In this document: positions 48,864 to 58,148 of the stretch, piece by piece
How positions within the stretch are numbered: the stretch's first letter is position 1
Layout of the letters: the number at the start of each line of letters is the position of its first letter
IMG/VR virus record: IMGVR_UViG_3300047472_000231
Location: 12,640 to 76,639 of that record
DNA from: a virus
DNA length: 64,000 nt
Strand: one strand, 5' to 3'
Translations under genes and position numbers: made by a program
The notes under the pieces: model-generated
Told to the model about the DNA's origin: nothing
What the model saw: only the letters and a program-made list of their open reading frames with translations
The model's database searches: none

Positions 48864-49144
48864 AGGCCTTCCAGACCCCCGCCCCGCACATCACCCGCGC
48901 GGACCGTGCGGCCGGCGAACTGGCCGCCGACATCCGGGCGATCGTCGCCCGTCAGCGCAACTGCCAGACCCTGGCCGACGCCGCCGCACACACACACTCC
49001 CCGTCCGACCGCATCGCCTACGCCCACGACGCATGGCTCCTCAGCCACCCCGATGGGGCGTGCTCCAGCGACGACGACTACCCGGCGTGGGCCACCGCTC
49101 TTGCCGCCCAGCCCACCTATTACCGCCCGTTGGAGGCGTCGTGA
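48860..49144 (+). CDS. Hypothetical protein
   Basis: Coupled early gene. Confidence 0.5.
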   Translation: MKAFQTPAPHITRADRAAGELAADIRAIVARQRNCQTLADAAAHTHSPSDRIAYAHDAWLLSHPDGACSSDDDYPAWATALAAQPTYYRPLEAS

Positions 49145-49515
49145 CCCTCTCCGAGATCTACCTGAAGGCCGCCAAGGTCATCGAGTCGAACGGCCACGCC
49201 AAGGGCGACTTCTACAGCGTCCCCGAGAGCGGAGTCGGCATCGAGAAGAGCCGCAGCGAGTACCCGGTGTGTGCGGCCGGGGCCCTGTCGGTCGTCATCT
49301 TCGACGACCCGGTCCCGCCCTGCGAAGGAGAAGACGGGCGCGCCGAGTTCGAAGCGGTCGTCGCACGCCTGAACGCGCGCATCGAGGACTTCCACCTGTA
49401 CAGCTTCCACGGCGAGCCGCCCGTGCTGCGGCTGACCGGCTGGAACGACGCCGCCGAACGCACCGCCGCCGACGTCATCGCCGCGTTCGAGCGCACTGCG
49501 AAGGCGGTGGCGTGA
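49141..49515 (+). CDS. DUF6197-like hypothetical protein
   Basis: AAKVIESNGHAKG...CAAGAL...WND. Confidence 0.6.
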   Translation: MTLSEIYLKAAKVIESNGHAKGDFYSVPESGVGIEKSRSEYPVCAAGALSVVIFDDPVPPCEGEDGRAEFEAVVARLNARIEDFHLYSFHGEPPVLRLTGWNDAAERTAADVIAAFERTAKAVA

Positions 49516-50015
49516 TGGCGACCGTGATCGAACTCCGCCCGCTGGCCGACGACGTCGAGGAATCCCTCATCCTGCTGGACCGGGACTTCGCCGCCGTCTA
49601 CGGCCCCGACATGGGCGTCTGGGCGAAGGGCGTGCGCGGGGAGCTGCTGGAGATGCAGCGGGCCCGCCGCACCGCCGACCGCGAGACGCACCCGCTGCAC
49701 CCGCGACGGGCCTCGGCTTCCCGCCGGCGCAGGCACCTGAAGCAACTCTCGTGGCGTGTTCGCGCGATCGCGCCCGGGGCCATCACCGTCCTCGTCACGC
49801 CGCTGTGGACCGACACCACCGGAACCGGAGTCCGTCACGTCGTCGCCCGCGCCCTCACCGCCGACGGGCAGATCGTCAAGTTCCCGGCCGGCGGATCCCG
49901 GCAGATCACCGCACTGCTGCAAGGCGCCTACCCGGCCGCGAACTGGGACCACCCGCAGACGTGGAGCGCCGCCAACAACACCCTCACCGACCGCATCAGC
50001 AAGGCGGTCGCTTGA
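49515..50015 (+). CDS. Hypothetical protein
   Basis: Coupled early gene. Confidence 0.55.
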   Translation: MATVIELRPLADDVEESLILLDRDFAAVYGPDMGVWAKGVRGELLEMQRARRTADRETHPLHPRRASASRRRRHLKQLSWRVRAIAPGAITVLVTPLWTDTTGTGVRHVVARALTADGQIVKFPAGGSRQITALLQGAYPAANWDHPQTWSAANNTLTDRISKAVA

Positions 50016-50254
50016 TGGGCGCCGAGCTCACCGACTACAGCCCGAAGCCGACCACCGCCGAGGCAGACGAACAGCGCCGGGCCGCGGTCCGCATCGCCGA
50101 CCAGTTCGGCAAGGAAAACCCGCACCCGCTCGACGACGAGGACCCGGCCCAGGCCGGACGTGAGCTGGCCAAAGACCCGGCCATCGCCGCCGGAATCCTC
50201 GAACTCGTCGCCCAGCTCGGCATCCGACCCGACCAGATCCGGAGGACGCCGTGA
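50015..50254 (+). CDS. Hypothetical protein
   Basis: Coupled early gene. Confidence 0.5.
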   Translation: MGAELTDYSPKPTTAEADEQRRAAVRIADQFGKENPHPLDDEDPAQAGRELAKDPAIAAGILELVAQLGIRPDQIRRTP

Positions 50255-50378
50255 TCCCGATCCCGTCCATCCTCGCCGCCGCCCACATCTCCGTGACCGG
50301 CTGGACCGTCCTCGCCGCCATGGGCTTCCTCGCCGTGTTCGGCACCCGCATCAGTGACCAGATCTCCAGGGGGAACCA

Positions 50379-50849
50379 GTGACCACTCGCACCCTTCCGC
50401 ACGACGACTACATCAACGCCGTCACCGACGCGCTCACCGCCGCCAGCATGGAGCCCGCCGACGCGTGGACGTCCGACGGGGAGACCCGCGGCATCTACTG
50501 CTACCTCAACGCCGTCCTCACCCTCCACCCCGACACCTCCGGCCTCAACGCCGAACGGTGGCCGAACGGCCTGATCCTCAGCTGGGAATGGCACACCGGC
50601 ATCGAGGACGGCGAGCCCGAACGCGGCCCGGTCTGGGAGTGGGCCGAACTCCGCCCCAACCACGGCGGCAACGACGAACCGGCCGCGCTCACCGCGGAGG
50701 GATACGCGGCTCCGGCCTACGTCGTCGAGAGCGTTCGCGCGCTGATCGAGCACCGCAACCAGTCCGTCACTGCCTCCCGCTGGGAGCGCGCCGACGAATT
50801 GAACGCGGCGTGCGAGGCGTGGGGCACGGACGAGGGGGCCGAGTCGTGA
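50379..50849 (+). CDS. Hypothetical protein
   Basis: GC3-rich; RBS present. Confidence 0.55.
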   Translation: MTTRTLPHDDYINAVTDALTAASMEPADAWTSDGETRGIYCYLNAVLTLHPDTSGLNAERWPNGLILSWEWHTGIEDGEPERGPVWEWAELRPNHGGNDEPAALTAEGYAAPAYVVESVRALIEHRNQSVTASRWERADELNAACEAWGTDEGAES

Positions 50850-50949
50850 GCACCGCCATCTGGATCGCAGTCTCGCTGCCGTGTTGCGGGTGGCTGTCGA
50901 TCGTCGCCCGCGAAATCCGCGACCTGCTCCAGCCCGCCAAGGAGGGCCA

Positions 50950-51309
50950 GTGACCACCCTGACCATCCCCACCGACGCCGAGGTTGCCGACCTCATCGGC
51001 AAGGCCGCCGACGTCATCGACACCAACGGCCACTGCAAGCGGGACCTGTACGACCACAAGCAGGCCGCGGGCGGCACCAAGCCCGCCGGCTGCCGGGTCG
51101 ACATCATCGGCGCCCTCAACATCGCCGCACACGGCACGCCCGTCTACACCGGCCGCGACCTGCGGGTGTGGGCTGCCGAGCAGGCGATCCTCGCCCGCAT
51201 CCCGGAAGCGGCGATCGTCTCCTGGAACGACGCCCGCGGCCACGGCAAGCGGGAAGCCGCCAAGCTGCTCCGCGACACCGCGGCCAGCCTGCGGGAGGTG
51301 GCGGCATGA
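50950..51309 (+). CDS. DUF6197-like hypothetical protein
   Basis: AADVIDTNGHCK...IIGAL...WND. Confidence 0.6.
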   Translation: MTTLTIPTDAEVADLIGKAADVIDTNGHCKRDLYDHKQAAGGTKPAGCRVDIIGALNIAAHGTPVYTGRDLRVWAAEQAILARIPEAAIVSWNDARGHGKREAAKLLRDTAASLREVAA

Positions 51310-51668
51310 GCGAGGACATCACCGCCTGTGGCGAATGCCGGGAGATGGCAGCAAGCCGTCCCTGGGTCCTGCGGGCCCTCGGTCACGATGTCTGCCTGAA
51401 GGCGATCCGCGCCGAGCGAGTCGCCGCCCGACGGTTCTGGATCCGCATCAACCCGCAGGGCTGCGTTGTGGGCTCGGCACTCGCCGAGTACGTCGGCGAG
51501 GACAGCACCGAAGGCGCACACGCCGAGTTCGTCCCCGACCGGCCGACACGCCTCTACGAGACGGCCCACGGCTGGCGCCACGAGCGCGTCAGCCACGCCG
51601 AGTGGAAGCAGCGTGCCGAGGCATGCCTGCTCGGTGAGTGCCAGCACCGGGAGCAGGTGGCGGCATGA
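51306..51668 (+). CDS. Cys-containing hypothetical protein
   Basis: GGAGG RBS; coupled. Confidence 0.5.
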   Translation: MSEDITACGECREMAASRPWVLRALGHDVCLKAIRAERVAARRFWIRINPQGCVVGSALAEYVGEDSTEGAHAEFVPDRPTRLYETAHGWRHERVSHAEWKQRAEACLLGECQHREQVAA

Positions 51669-52132
51669 GCCTCATCGTCACCGCGCCCGGCAAGCACACC
51701 GCCGCCTACCGCGAACTCGAAGCCCGCCTCGCCCAGGTGGAAGCCGACAACCAGGCGCTGATCGCCCGCAACGAAGAACTCGTCTGCGAGCTCACCAACG
51801 CCATCCTCTCGGCCAGCCGGTACTCCCTGCAGGCTGCCGCGGCCGAGGAGGAGAACGGTCGGCTGCTGAAGGCGAACGCCGACCTGCGGTACGCCACGAT
51901 CCGCGCGAAGGCCGAGCAGGAGCGACTCCGGCAGGCCGTGGTCAATGCCCGGCCTCGTATCCGCGAGGTGCCGAGCGCCATGGTCCGCCCGTTCGCGCCG
52001 GTCGTCGTCCTGCCCTACGTCTCCCCGGTGCCGCACCGCTCGACCGCGAACGACGCGACGCAGCAGCTGCCGGTCCTCGACCGGCCGCAGCCGGCCGTCT
52101 GGCCCGTGTACGCGATGCCCGCCACCACCTGA
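51665..52132 (+). CDS. Coiled-coil hypothetical protein
   Basis: Coupled early gene. Confidence 0.55.
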   Translation: MSLIVTAPGKHTAAYRELEARLAQVEADNQALIARNEELVCELTNAILSASRYSLQAAAAEEENGRLLKANADLRYATIRAKAEQERLRQAVVNARPRIREVPSAMVRPFAPVVVLPYVSPVPHRSTANDATQQLPVLDRPQPAVWPVYAMPATT

Positions 52133-52245
52133 CCTGCCGACCGTGCGGCGATCCGCTCCCGCACGGTCGGCGGCCCAAGAAGAAACCCCCGCCGAGGTGA
52201 AGTCGGCGGGAGTCCACCACCCAGCATCCCACGAGAGGGAATCCG

Positions 52246-52788
52246 ATGATCGGTGAGACCACCGACTACACGATGATCGTCCACGGCCAGCAGAAGTACA
52301 CCGTGTCCGGCGCCGTGCAAGCAGCGCCCGGCCTGGTCGTCTTCCGGATGCCCGCCATCCAGTCGCTGAACAATCCGGCCCGCTGGCGGATCGGCCACCA
52401 CGAAGGCCTCGCCATCGCCGAGTCGATGACCCGCGAGAACGCCTTCAAGGGCGTGCAGATCCTCGTCGAGTCCGGCATCGACTGGACGCAGGACACCGCG
52501 GACCTCAAGGAAGCCATCAACGACAAGGTGGCCCGCGACCTGTACGCGAAGCTCAGCCACGCCTGGTGCGACGAACCCGGCAGCAACTACATGCCCGGCG
52601 ACGTCAGCAGCAACGGCACCTACACCGACGCGGACGTCGAGGAAGCGGCAACCGCGGCCAAGGCGGACGGCTTCAACGCCGCAGACATCCTCGTCGCGAT
52701 GTCGCACACCGTGCCGTGGATGGGCCTCGACACCGAGGTCTTCAACGAAGCCCACAACCGGATCGCCGTCCTCGCCGACGCCGACTGA
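52246..52788 (+). CDS. Hypothetical protein
   Basis: GAGGG RBS; GC3-rich. Confidence 0.6.
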   Translation: MIGETTDYTMIVHGQQKYTVSGAVQAAPGLVVFRMPAIQSLNNPARWRIGHHEGLAIAESMTRENAFKGVQILVESGIDWTQDTADLKEAINDKVARDLYAKLSHAWCDEPGSNYMPGDVSSNGTYTDADVEEAATAAKADGFNAADILVAMSHTVPWMGLDTEVFNEAHNRIAVLADAD

Positions 52789-52917
52789 CCAACACCTCCC
52801 ATACCGCCGCGGTGTAGCGCGCCCCCCTCGCGCTCCGCGGCATCCAGGGCCTCGATCCCCGGAGCCCCCCCGCCCGGGGATCGAGGCCCCACCTCACGAC
52901 ACCCGAAAGCAGGAACC

Positions 52918-53253
52918 ATGAGCACCAGCAGCCCCACCATTCCGCCGGACGTCGCCGCGCACGTCCTGTTCCACTACGGCCGCGAGGGCGGCTACCAGGC
53001 GGGCGGGTTCACCGAGAGCCTCGTCACGGCCATCGACCGGTCCGACCCCGCCAATCGAGACCGACTCGCCCTCGGCTTCCCCGAGTACGTCGCCGCCGTC
53101 GCCGCGGTCCAGTACGACCCGAACGGCGTCGCCCACCTCCAGGACATCGCCGCCGGACGGTGCACCCGCTGCAAGCAGGACGACGGGCCCATCACCGAGA
53201 CCGGCCAGTGCGAGCCGTGCGCCCAGCCGATGCCCCTGGACGGTGTCGCGTGA
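52918..53253 (+). CDS. Hypothetical protein
   Basis: GGFTESLVTAIDRSDPANRDRLALGFPEY motif; C-terminal Cys pairs. Confidence 0.6.
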   Translation: MSTSSPTIPPDVAAHVLFHYGREGGYQAGGFTESLVTAIDRSDPANRDRLALGFPEYVAAVAAVQYDPNGVAHLQDIAAGRCTRCKQDDGPITETGQCEPCAQPMPLDGVA

Positions 53254-54092
53254 CCGAGCCCCGCCACGCCCACGACACCGACAACGGCCGGTACTACACC
53301 GACCCCGCCGGCGGCCCGGACCTCGTCTCCGTCACCAACGTCCTCGGCACCAGCGTCCACAAGCACGCGCTGATGCCGTGGGCCGTCAAGCTCACCGTCG
53401 AGTGGATCCTCGACCACCGCATGGAAGTCGCCCGACGTGCCATCACCGACCGGGCGGCCCTCACCAAGCAGCTCAAGCAGATCCACGTCGACGCGCGGGA
53501 TACCGCCTCCGACCTCGGCACCCGCATCCACAAAGCAGCAGAGCAGCGGCTTCTCGGAGCGCCGTTCGCAGTCGACCGCGAAGTCGGCCCCTACCTCGCC
53601 CAGCTGGAGGCGTTCCTCGGCTTCTGGGGCGTCGACATCGACAAGCACGTCGAAGCCGCAGAGATCACCTGCCTGCACCGGCGCCTCGGCTACGCCGGAA
53701 CCGCGGACCTCATGATCTGGCTGCCCACCGGTGAAGGGCGTGAGCTCGAACTGTGGCTGATCGACTTCAAGACGTCGGCCACCCGGTCCGCGAAGGCCGT
53801 CTACCCGGAGAACGCCCAGCAACTGGCCGCCCTCCGCTACTGCGAGACGGTCCTGCTCCCGGACGACACCGAGCAGCCGATGCCGGAGATCCAGAAGACC
53901 GGTGTCCTCAACCTGCGGGCCAAGTCCCACGCCCTCGTCGAGATGCCCGCCGGACGCGACGCCCACAAGGCCTTCCGCGGCGCTCTTGTCAACGCGCTGT
54001 GGCACCACGCCGCCCCCTCCTCCTATCCCGCCCTCCTTGCCCCGGACCAGCCCGTCCCGGCCCGGTGGCGCAACTTCCGAAAGGTGGCCTGA
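53250..54092 (+). CDS. PD-(D/E)XK exonuclease (RecB/Cas4-like)
   Basis: SVTNVL, GTRIH, YAGTADL, IDFKTS, QQLAALRY. Confidence 0.8.
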   Translation: MTEPRHAHDTDNGRYYTDPAGGPDLVSVTNVLGTSVHKHALMPWAVKLTVEWILDHRMEVARRAITDRAALTKQLKQIHVDARDTASDLGTRIHKAAEQRLLGAPFAVDREVGPYLAQLEAFLGFWGVDIDKHVEAAEITCLHRRLGYAGTADLMIWLPTGEGRELELWLIDFKTSATRSAKAVYPENAQQLAALRYCETVLLPDDTEQPMPEIQKTGVLNLRAKSHALVEMPAGRDAHKAFRGALVNALWHHAAPSSYPALLAPDQPVPARWRNFRKVA

Positions 54093-54094
54093 CT

Positions 54095-55075
54095 ATGGGC
54101 TCCCGAATCCGCACCGCGCAGAAGCAGGCCCGTGAACTGGGGCGACTGCGTACCGGCTACAGCCTCCCCAACCAGGACCCGAAGAAGCGGCCCCGGCCGG
54201 TGAAGTCGAAGACGTGGGTGATCAGCAGCCACGCCGAGCACTACGTGACGGCCGCCGCCGAAGCGTGGGGTGGCAAGGTCGAGCGCTGGCAGCCCCAGGG
54301 CAACGGCGCCCCGCAGTTCCGGGTGATCACCGAGGCCGAGCAGATCGAGGCGATCCTCCCGCCCGGAGACCCGCTGTCCCAGGCCAACGAGATGTGGAAC
54401 AAGGGCGGATGCGCCCGCCGCTGCGACGGCGAAACCGAGCAGATCAGCCGCCACCCCTGCCTGTGCCTCGCCGAGCACGGCCCGGAATGGCACCTGCTGC
54501 GCCAGGACCTGTACACCAAGGACAAGGTGTGCGCCGCCACCTCCCGGCTGAACGTCGTCCTCCCGGACATGCCCGACGTCGGGGTATGGCGAGTGGAGAC
54601 GCACTCCTGGTACGCGGCGAACGAACTCGCCGGGACCGTCGACATGGTGCTGTCCGGGACGGGCGGCAAGGGCCTGGTCCCGGTGACGTTGCGGATCGAG
54701 CCGCGCACTCGGGTGGCGGGCGGTCAGACCAAGCAGTTCCCGGTGGTTGTCGTCGAGATCCGCGGCGTGACCCCGCGGCAGGCGCTCACCGGGCCGCTGC
54801 CCATGGCGGTAGCGCTGGACCCGAGTGGCGGACAGGCAGTGGCGGCGATCGAGGCGCCGCGCCCGGACTATCTGGCCCTCGCCGAGGGCGCCCTCACCCC
54901 TGACGACGTCGGCGACGTGTACCGGCAGGCCAATGCCGCTGGCCACCTCAACGACCAGCTGATCGCCGACCTCAAGGTCATCTCCGACCGGCTGAAGGCC
55001 GAAGCCGAGCCGGTCGAGGCCGAGCTGGAGCCCGAAGGCGGCTGGCCCGCCGTCGCCCAAGTCCCCGTCCCGTAG
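54095..55075 (+). CDS. Gp3-like 'recombination directionality factor' family protein
   Basis: ELGRLRTG...RRCDG...TSRLNVVLP...GVWRVETHSW; follows the exonuclease. Confidence 0.6.
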   Translation: MGSRIRTAQKQARELGRLRTGYSLPNQDPKKRPRPVKSKTWVISSHAEHYVTAAAEAWGGKVERWQPQGNGAPQFRVITEAEQIEAILPPGDPLSQANEMWNKGGCARRCDGETEQISRHPCLCLAEHGPEWHLLRQDLYTKDKVCAATSRLNVVLPDMPDVGVWRVETHSWYAANELAGTVDMVLSGTGGKGLVPVTLRIEPRTRVAGGQTKQFPVVVVEIRGVTPRQALTGPLPMAVALDPSGGQAVAAIEAPRPDYLALAEGALTPDDVGDVYRQANAAGHLNDQLIADLKVISDRLKAEAEPVEAELEPEGGWPAVAQVPVP

Positions 55076-55145
55076 CCCGCACACGCCGGAGGCCGCCCCG
55101 CGGGCAATGCGGGGCGGCCCCTCAACCCGACAAGGAAACCATCCC

Positions 55146-55379
55146 ATGACTGGACCCGAGCACTACCGGGAGGCCGAACGCCTCCTCTCCGAAGCCGGCG
55201 TCGGCGGCGCCGAGGGCACCTACTTCGTCCGGCCGGAGTCGCTGGCCGCCGCCCAGGTGCACGCGACGCTCGCCGCAGCCGCCGCGACCGCCCTCGGCAG
55301 CACCCGCACGGGCGCTATGCCCGCCGCCGACTACGAGGCCTGGCGCGCCGCCGCTGGAGACGAGGCGGCCGGACGATGA
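55146..55379 (+). CDS. Hypothetical protein
   Basis: MTGPEHYREAERLL...AQVHATLA, a common actinophage motif. Confidence 0.6.
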   Translation: MTGPEHYREAERLLSEAGVGGAEGTYFVRPESLAAAQVHATLAAAAATALGSTRTGAMPAADYEAWRAAAGDEAAGR

Positions 55380-55753
55380 CCAAGCGTCTGTCTGTCGCCG
55401 AGCGGCTCGCCGCCGACACTCGCGACATCACCCTCAACGCCGTAGCCGACCAGTCGAGTTGGGACCGGTTCCTCGTCGAGCAGGCCGTCCTCGTGTACGG
55501 CGAGTCCCTCACCGAGTTCTCGGCAAACGACTTGCGGGATGTGCTGCCGGAGATGGGGCGTGGCTTCCTCGGTGCCGCCATCACCTCCCTGCGCTCGGCC
55601 GGAGTCATCGCCCGCATTGAGCAGACGGTGCCGTCCACCTCGAAGCGCACCAAGGGGCACGGGCTGCGCGTCTGGCAGCTGACCGACAAGGGCCGGGCCA
55701 TCGCCGCCCAGCGCCGCGCCGCCCGCAACGAGCAGCGAAAGGCGGCGGCGTGA
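55376..55753 (+). CDS. wHTH-like hypothetical protein
   Basis: FSANDLR...LRSAGVI...WQLTDKG. Confidence 0.55.
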   Translation: MTKRLSVAERLAADTRDITLNAVADQSSWDRFLVEQAVLVYGESLTEFSANDLRDVLPEMGRGFLGAAITSLRSAGVIARIEQTVPSTSKRTKGHGLRVWQLTDKGRAIAAQRRAARNEQRKAAA

Positions 55754-56136
55754 TGGACAAGCCGTACCGCATTCTCGTGACCGGCTCGCGGGATTGGACC
55801 GACGTCGACCAGGTCTGGCTCGGGCTCGGCAACGCCGTCGGCGCGATCCACCGCGACGCCATCCACCGCGAGATCGTCATCGTCCACGGCGACTGCCCGC
55901 GCGGCGCCGACGCCATCGCCGATGACTGGGGCCGCAAGTACGGCGCCACCATCGAACGCCACCCCGCGAACTGGCAGATCAACGGCAAGCGCGCCGGGTT
56001 CATCCGCAACCAGAAGATGGTCAACCTCGGCGCCGACGTGGTCCTCGCCTTCATCAAGAACGGCAGCCGCGGGGCCAGCCACACCGCGGCCCTCGCCGAG
56101 CAGGCCGGGATCACCGTCAGGCGGTGGACGGCGTGA
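55753..56136 (+). CDS. SLOG-superfamily (DUF2493/YspA-like) protein
   Basis: ILVTGSRDW, VHGDCPRGADAIA, AGFIRNQKMV, SRGASHT. Confidence 0.8.
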   Translation: MDKPYRILVTGSRDWTDVDQVWLGLGNAVGAIHRDAIHREIVIVHGDCPRGADAIADDWGRKYGATIERHPANWQINGKRAGFIRNQKMVNLGADVVLAFIKNGSRGASHTAALAEQAGITVRRWTA

Positions 56137-56499
56137 AGGACATCGCCCTCTTCCTCGCCTGCCTCGCGCTCATGGCCGGTATCGCCGCTGTCGCCTACGC
56201 CTCCATCGCCGGGAGGCGGACATGAGGGACAACCTGGCCGCCGTCCTCGACGCCGCCTACTGGGGCCTGGCCATAACCGTGACGATCCTCGCCGTCACCA
56301 CCGCGGCCGTGACCGTCATCGCCGGCTACTGGACCACCCACTGCGCCATCTGGGCCGGACGGCGGATGCGGCACCACTGGGACCTCGCCCGCATGCAAAG
56401 CCGGCCCGCACCACGACAGACCGCCAGCGAACAAGCAGTCCTCGACTACCTCACCATCCGCGTCACCTGGAACCAACCCACACGAGAGGAGGCACGACC

Positions 56500-57348
56500 G
56501 TGACCACCGCCGTCCGCGAAGCCCCCCACCACAACACCCTGTACTGCTACAGCGACTTCAACTGCCGACGGGCCGCCTGCGTCGAGCGCAAGCTGGAGTG
56601 GGAGCGGAACAACAGGCGTCGCCTGCGCGAAGGCCGCCCCGCCCTCATCGACGCCGAACCCGTCCGTCAGCACGTCCTCCAACTCCAGGCCGAAAATGTC
56701 ACCATCTACAGCATTGCCGCCGCAGCCGGCGTCGACCAGTGGACCATTCGCTCCCTCTTCCCCGGCCCGAACCGCGGCAGGAAGAACAGCGTCTCCCCGG
56801 AGATCGCCCGCAAGATCCTCGCCGTCACCGCCGACCACGCCATGCCCGGCTACACCGACGGCACCGGCACCCGACGCCGCATCCAAGCCCTCATCGCCAT
56901 CGGCTGGCCCGTGCGCCGAGTCGGCGAACAGCTCGGCCTCAACGCGACCTACGCAGGCGAGCTGATACGCCGCACCGAGCAGGGCAAGCCCATCTACCTC
57001 GCCACCGCCACCAAGGTCGCAGAAGCCTACGAGACGGCCCGCCACCGCTCCCCCGAGGACTGTGGCGTCAGCACCGCCACCGCGAACAGGAAGCGCGACC
57101 AGGCCAAGGTCGAACGCTGGCCCACACCCCGCTACTGGGACGAGCACCCCGGCGACATCGACGACCCGCACTTCGAGCCCATGTATCGGGTCACCCGCCG
57201 GGAAATCATCGCCCAGGACGCCAACTTGATCATGCGGACGACCGGCCTCGACCGGCACGCCGCCGCAGCCCGCCTCGGCGTCGACAAGTCCTACGTCGAC
57301 CACGCCTTCCGCGACCACCCCGAGTACGCGATCGAGGTGGCGGCGTGA
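56500..57348 (+). CDS. Multi-HTH DNA-binding protein with an N-terminal Cys motif
   Basis: CRRAAC; GTRRRIQALIAIGW; AAARLGVDKSYV. Confidence 0.65.
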   Translation: MTTAVREAPHHNTLYCYSDFNCRRAACVERKLEWERNNRRRLREGRPALIDAEPVRQHVLQLQAENVTIYSIAAAAGVDQWTIRSLFPGPNRGRKNSVSPEIARKILAVTADHAMPGYTDGTGTRRRIQALIAIGWPVRRVGEQLGLNATYAGELIRRTEQGKPIYLATATKVAEAYETARHRSPEDCGVSTATANRKRDQAKVERWPTPRYWDEHPGDIDDPHFEPMYRVTRREIIAQDANLIMRTTGLDRHAAAARLGVDKSYVDHAFRDHPEYAIEVAA

Positions 57349-57591
57349 GCGAGCAGCGACGGATCACCGTCACCCCGCCGCCCCGCCCCAAGGTCACGCC
57401 CTACGAGTGCGACACCGGCCGGCCCGTCTGCGGCAAACCCGCCCGGCTGTACGCCGTCGGCTGGCGCTGCGAACTACACAACCCCGCCGGCTGGGCCGCA
57501 CACCTCGCAGCCCAAGCCGACCAGGCCTAGCCCGGACACGACGAAGCCCCGCCGTACAGGCGGGGCCTGAAGGAGAGGAGGAGACGTGACG

Positions 57592-57771
57592 TCAGTCGGA
57601 AGTTGCGGCCTCGCGCAGCCGGCGCTTGTGGGCAGCGACCTGCGCCTTGATGTACATGCGCAGGTCGTCGGACCGGGAGATGCCCTTGTCCTCGCACGCA
57701 GCGCCGTAAGCGTCCCAGGTCTCTTTGTCGAGACGGAAGACGCGGTTGGGCATGGGGTCGCGGGTTGCCAT
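57592..57771 (-). CDS. Ribbon-helix-helix DNA-binding protein (59 aa, absent from the ORF track)
   Basis: MPNRVFRLDKETWDAYGAACEDKGISRSDDLRMYI; leaderless TAGCCT-N6-ATG. Confidence 0.7.
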   Translation of the reverse strand: MATRDPMPNRVFRLDKETWDAYGAACEDKGISRSDDLRMYIKAQVAAHKRRLREAATSD

Positions 57772-57789
57772 GGCAAAAGGCTAGCCGAT

Positions 57790-57892
57790 GCATATGCGAT
57801 CCGTCGACCCGACGCGAGCGGGAAGTCTCGCGAATCGCATATGCGTTGCCTATGCGTTTCCCGCGCACTCCTGGTAGCGTTCTGCATATGCG
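57790..57892. promoter_or_regulatory. GCATATGCG operator repeats
   Basis: Copies at 57790, 57837, 57884 and degenerate GCCTATGCG at 57848, between the RHH gene and the replication operon. Confidence 0.6.
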
Positions 57893-58148
57893 AATTGGGC
57901 TCGCAGACCAGCCGTACCAAGGGTCCCCTGCGGTCCATCCGGCACGCCTCAACGCATCGGAAGGGCCCGTGACACGCCACCTCCGCCTCGTCCATGACGA
58001 GCCAGAACCCGAGCCCTACGAGGTCACCGCCACCCCCGACTGGCCCCCCGTCGCAATACCCGGCCGCCCCGGCTGGTGGCGGCACTCCATCGACGGCCAG
58101 CAAGTCGACCTCCCCACCAACGACCAGACGAACTGAAAGGAGGACCGC

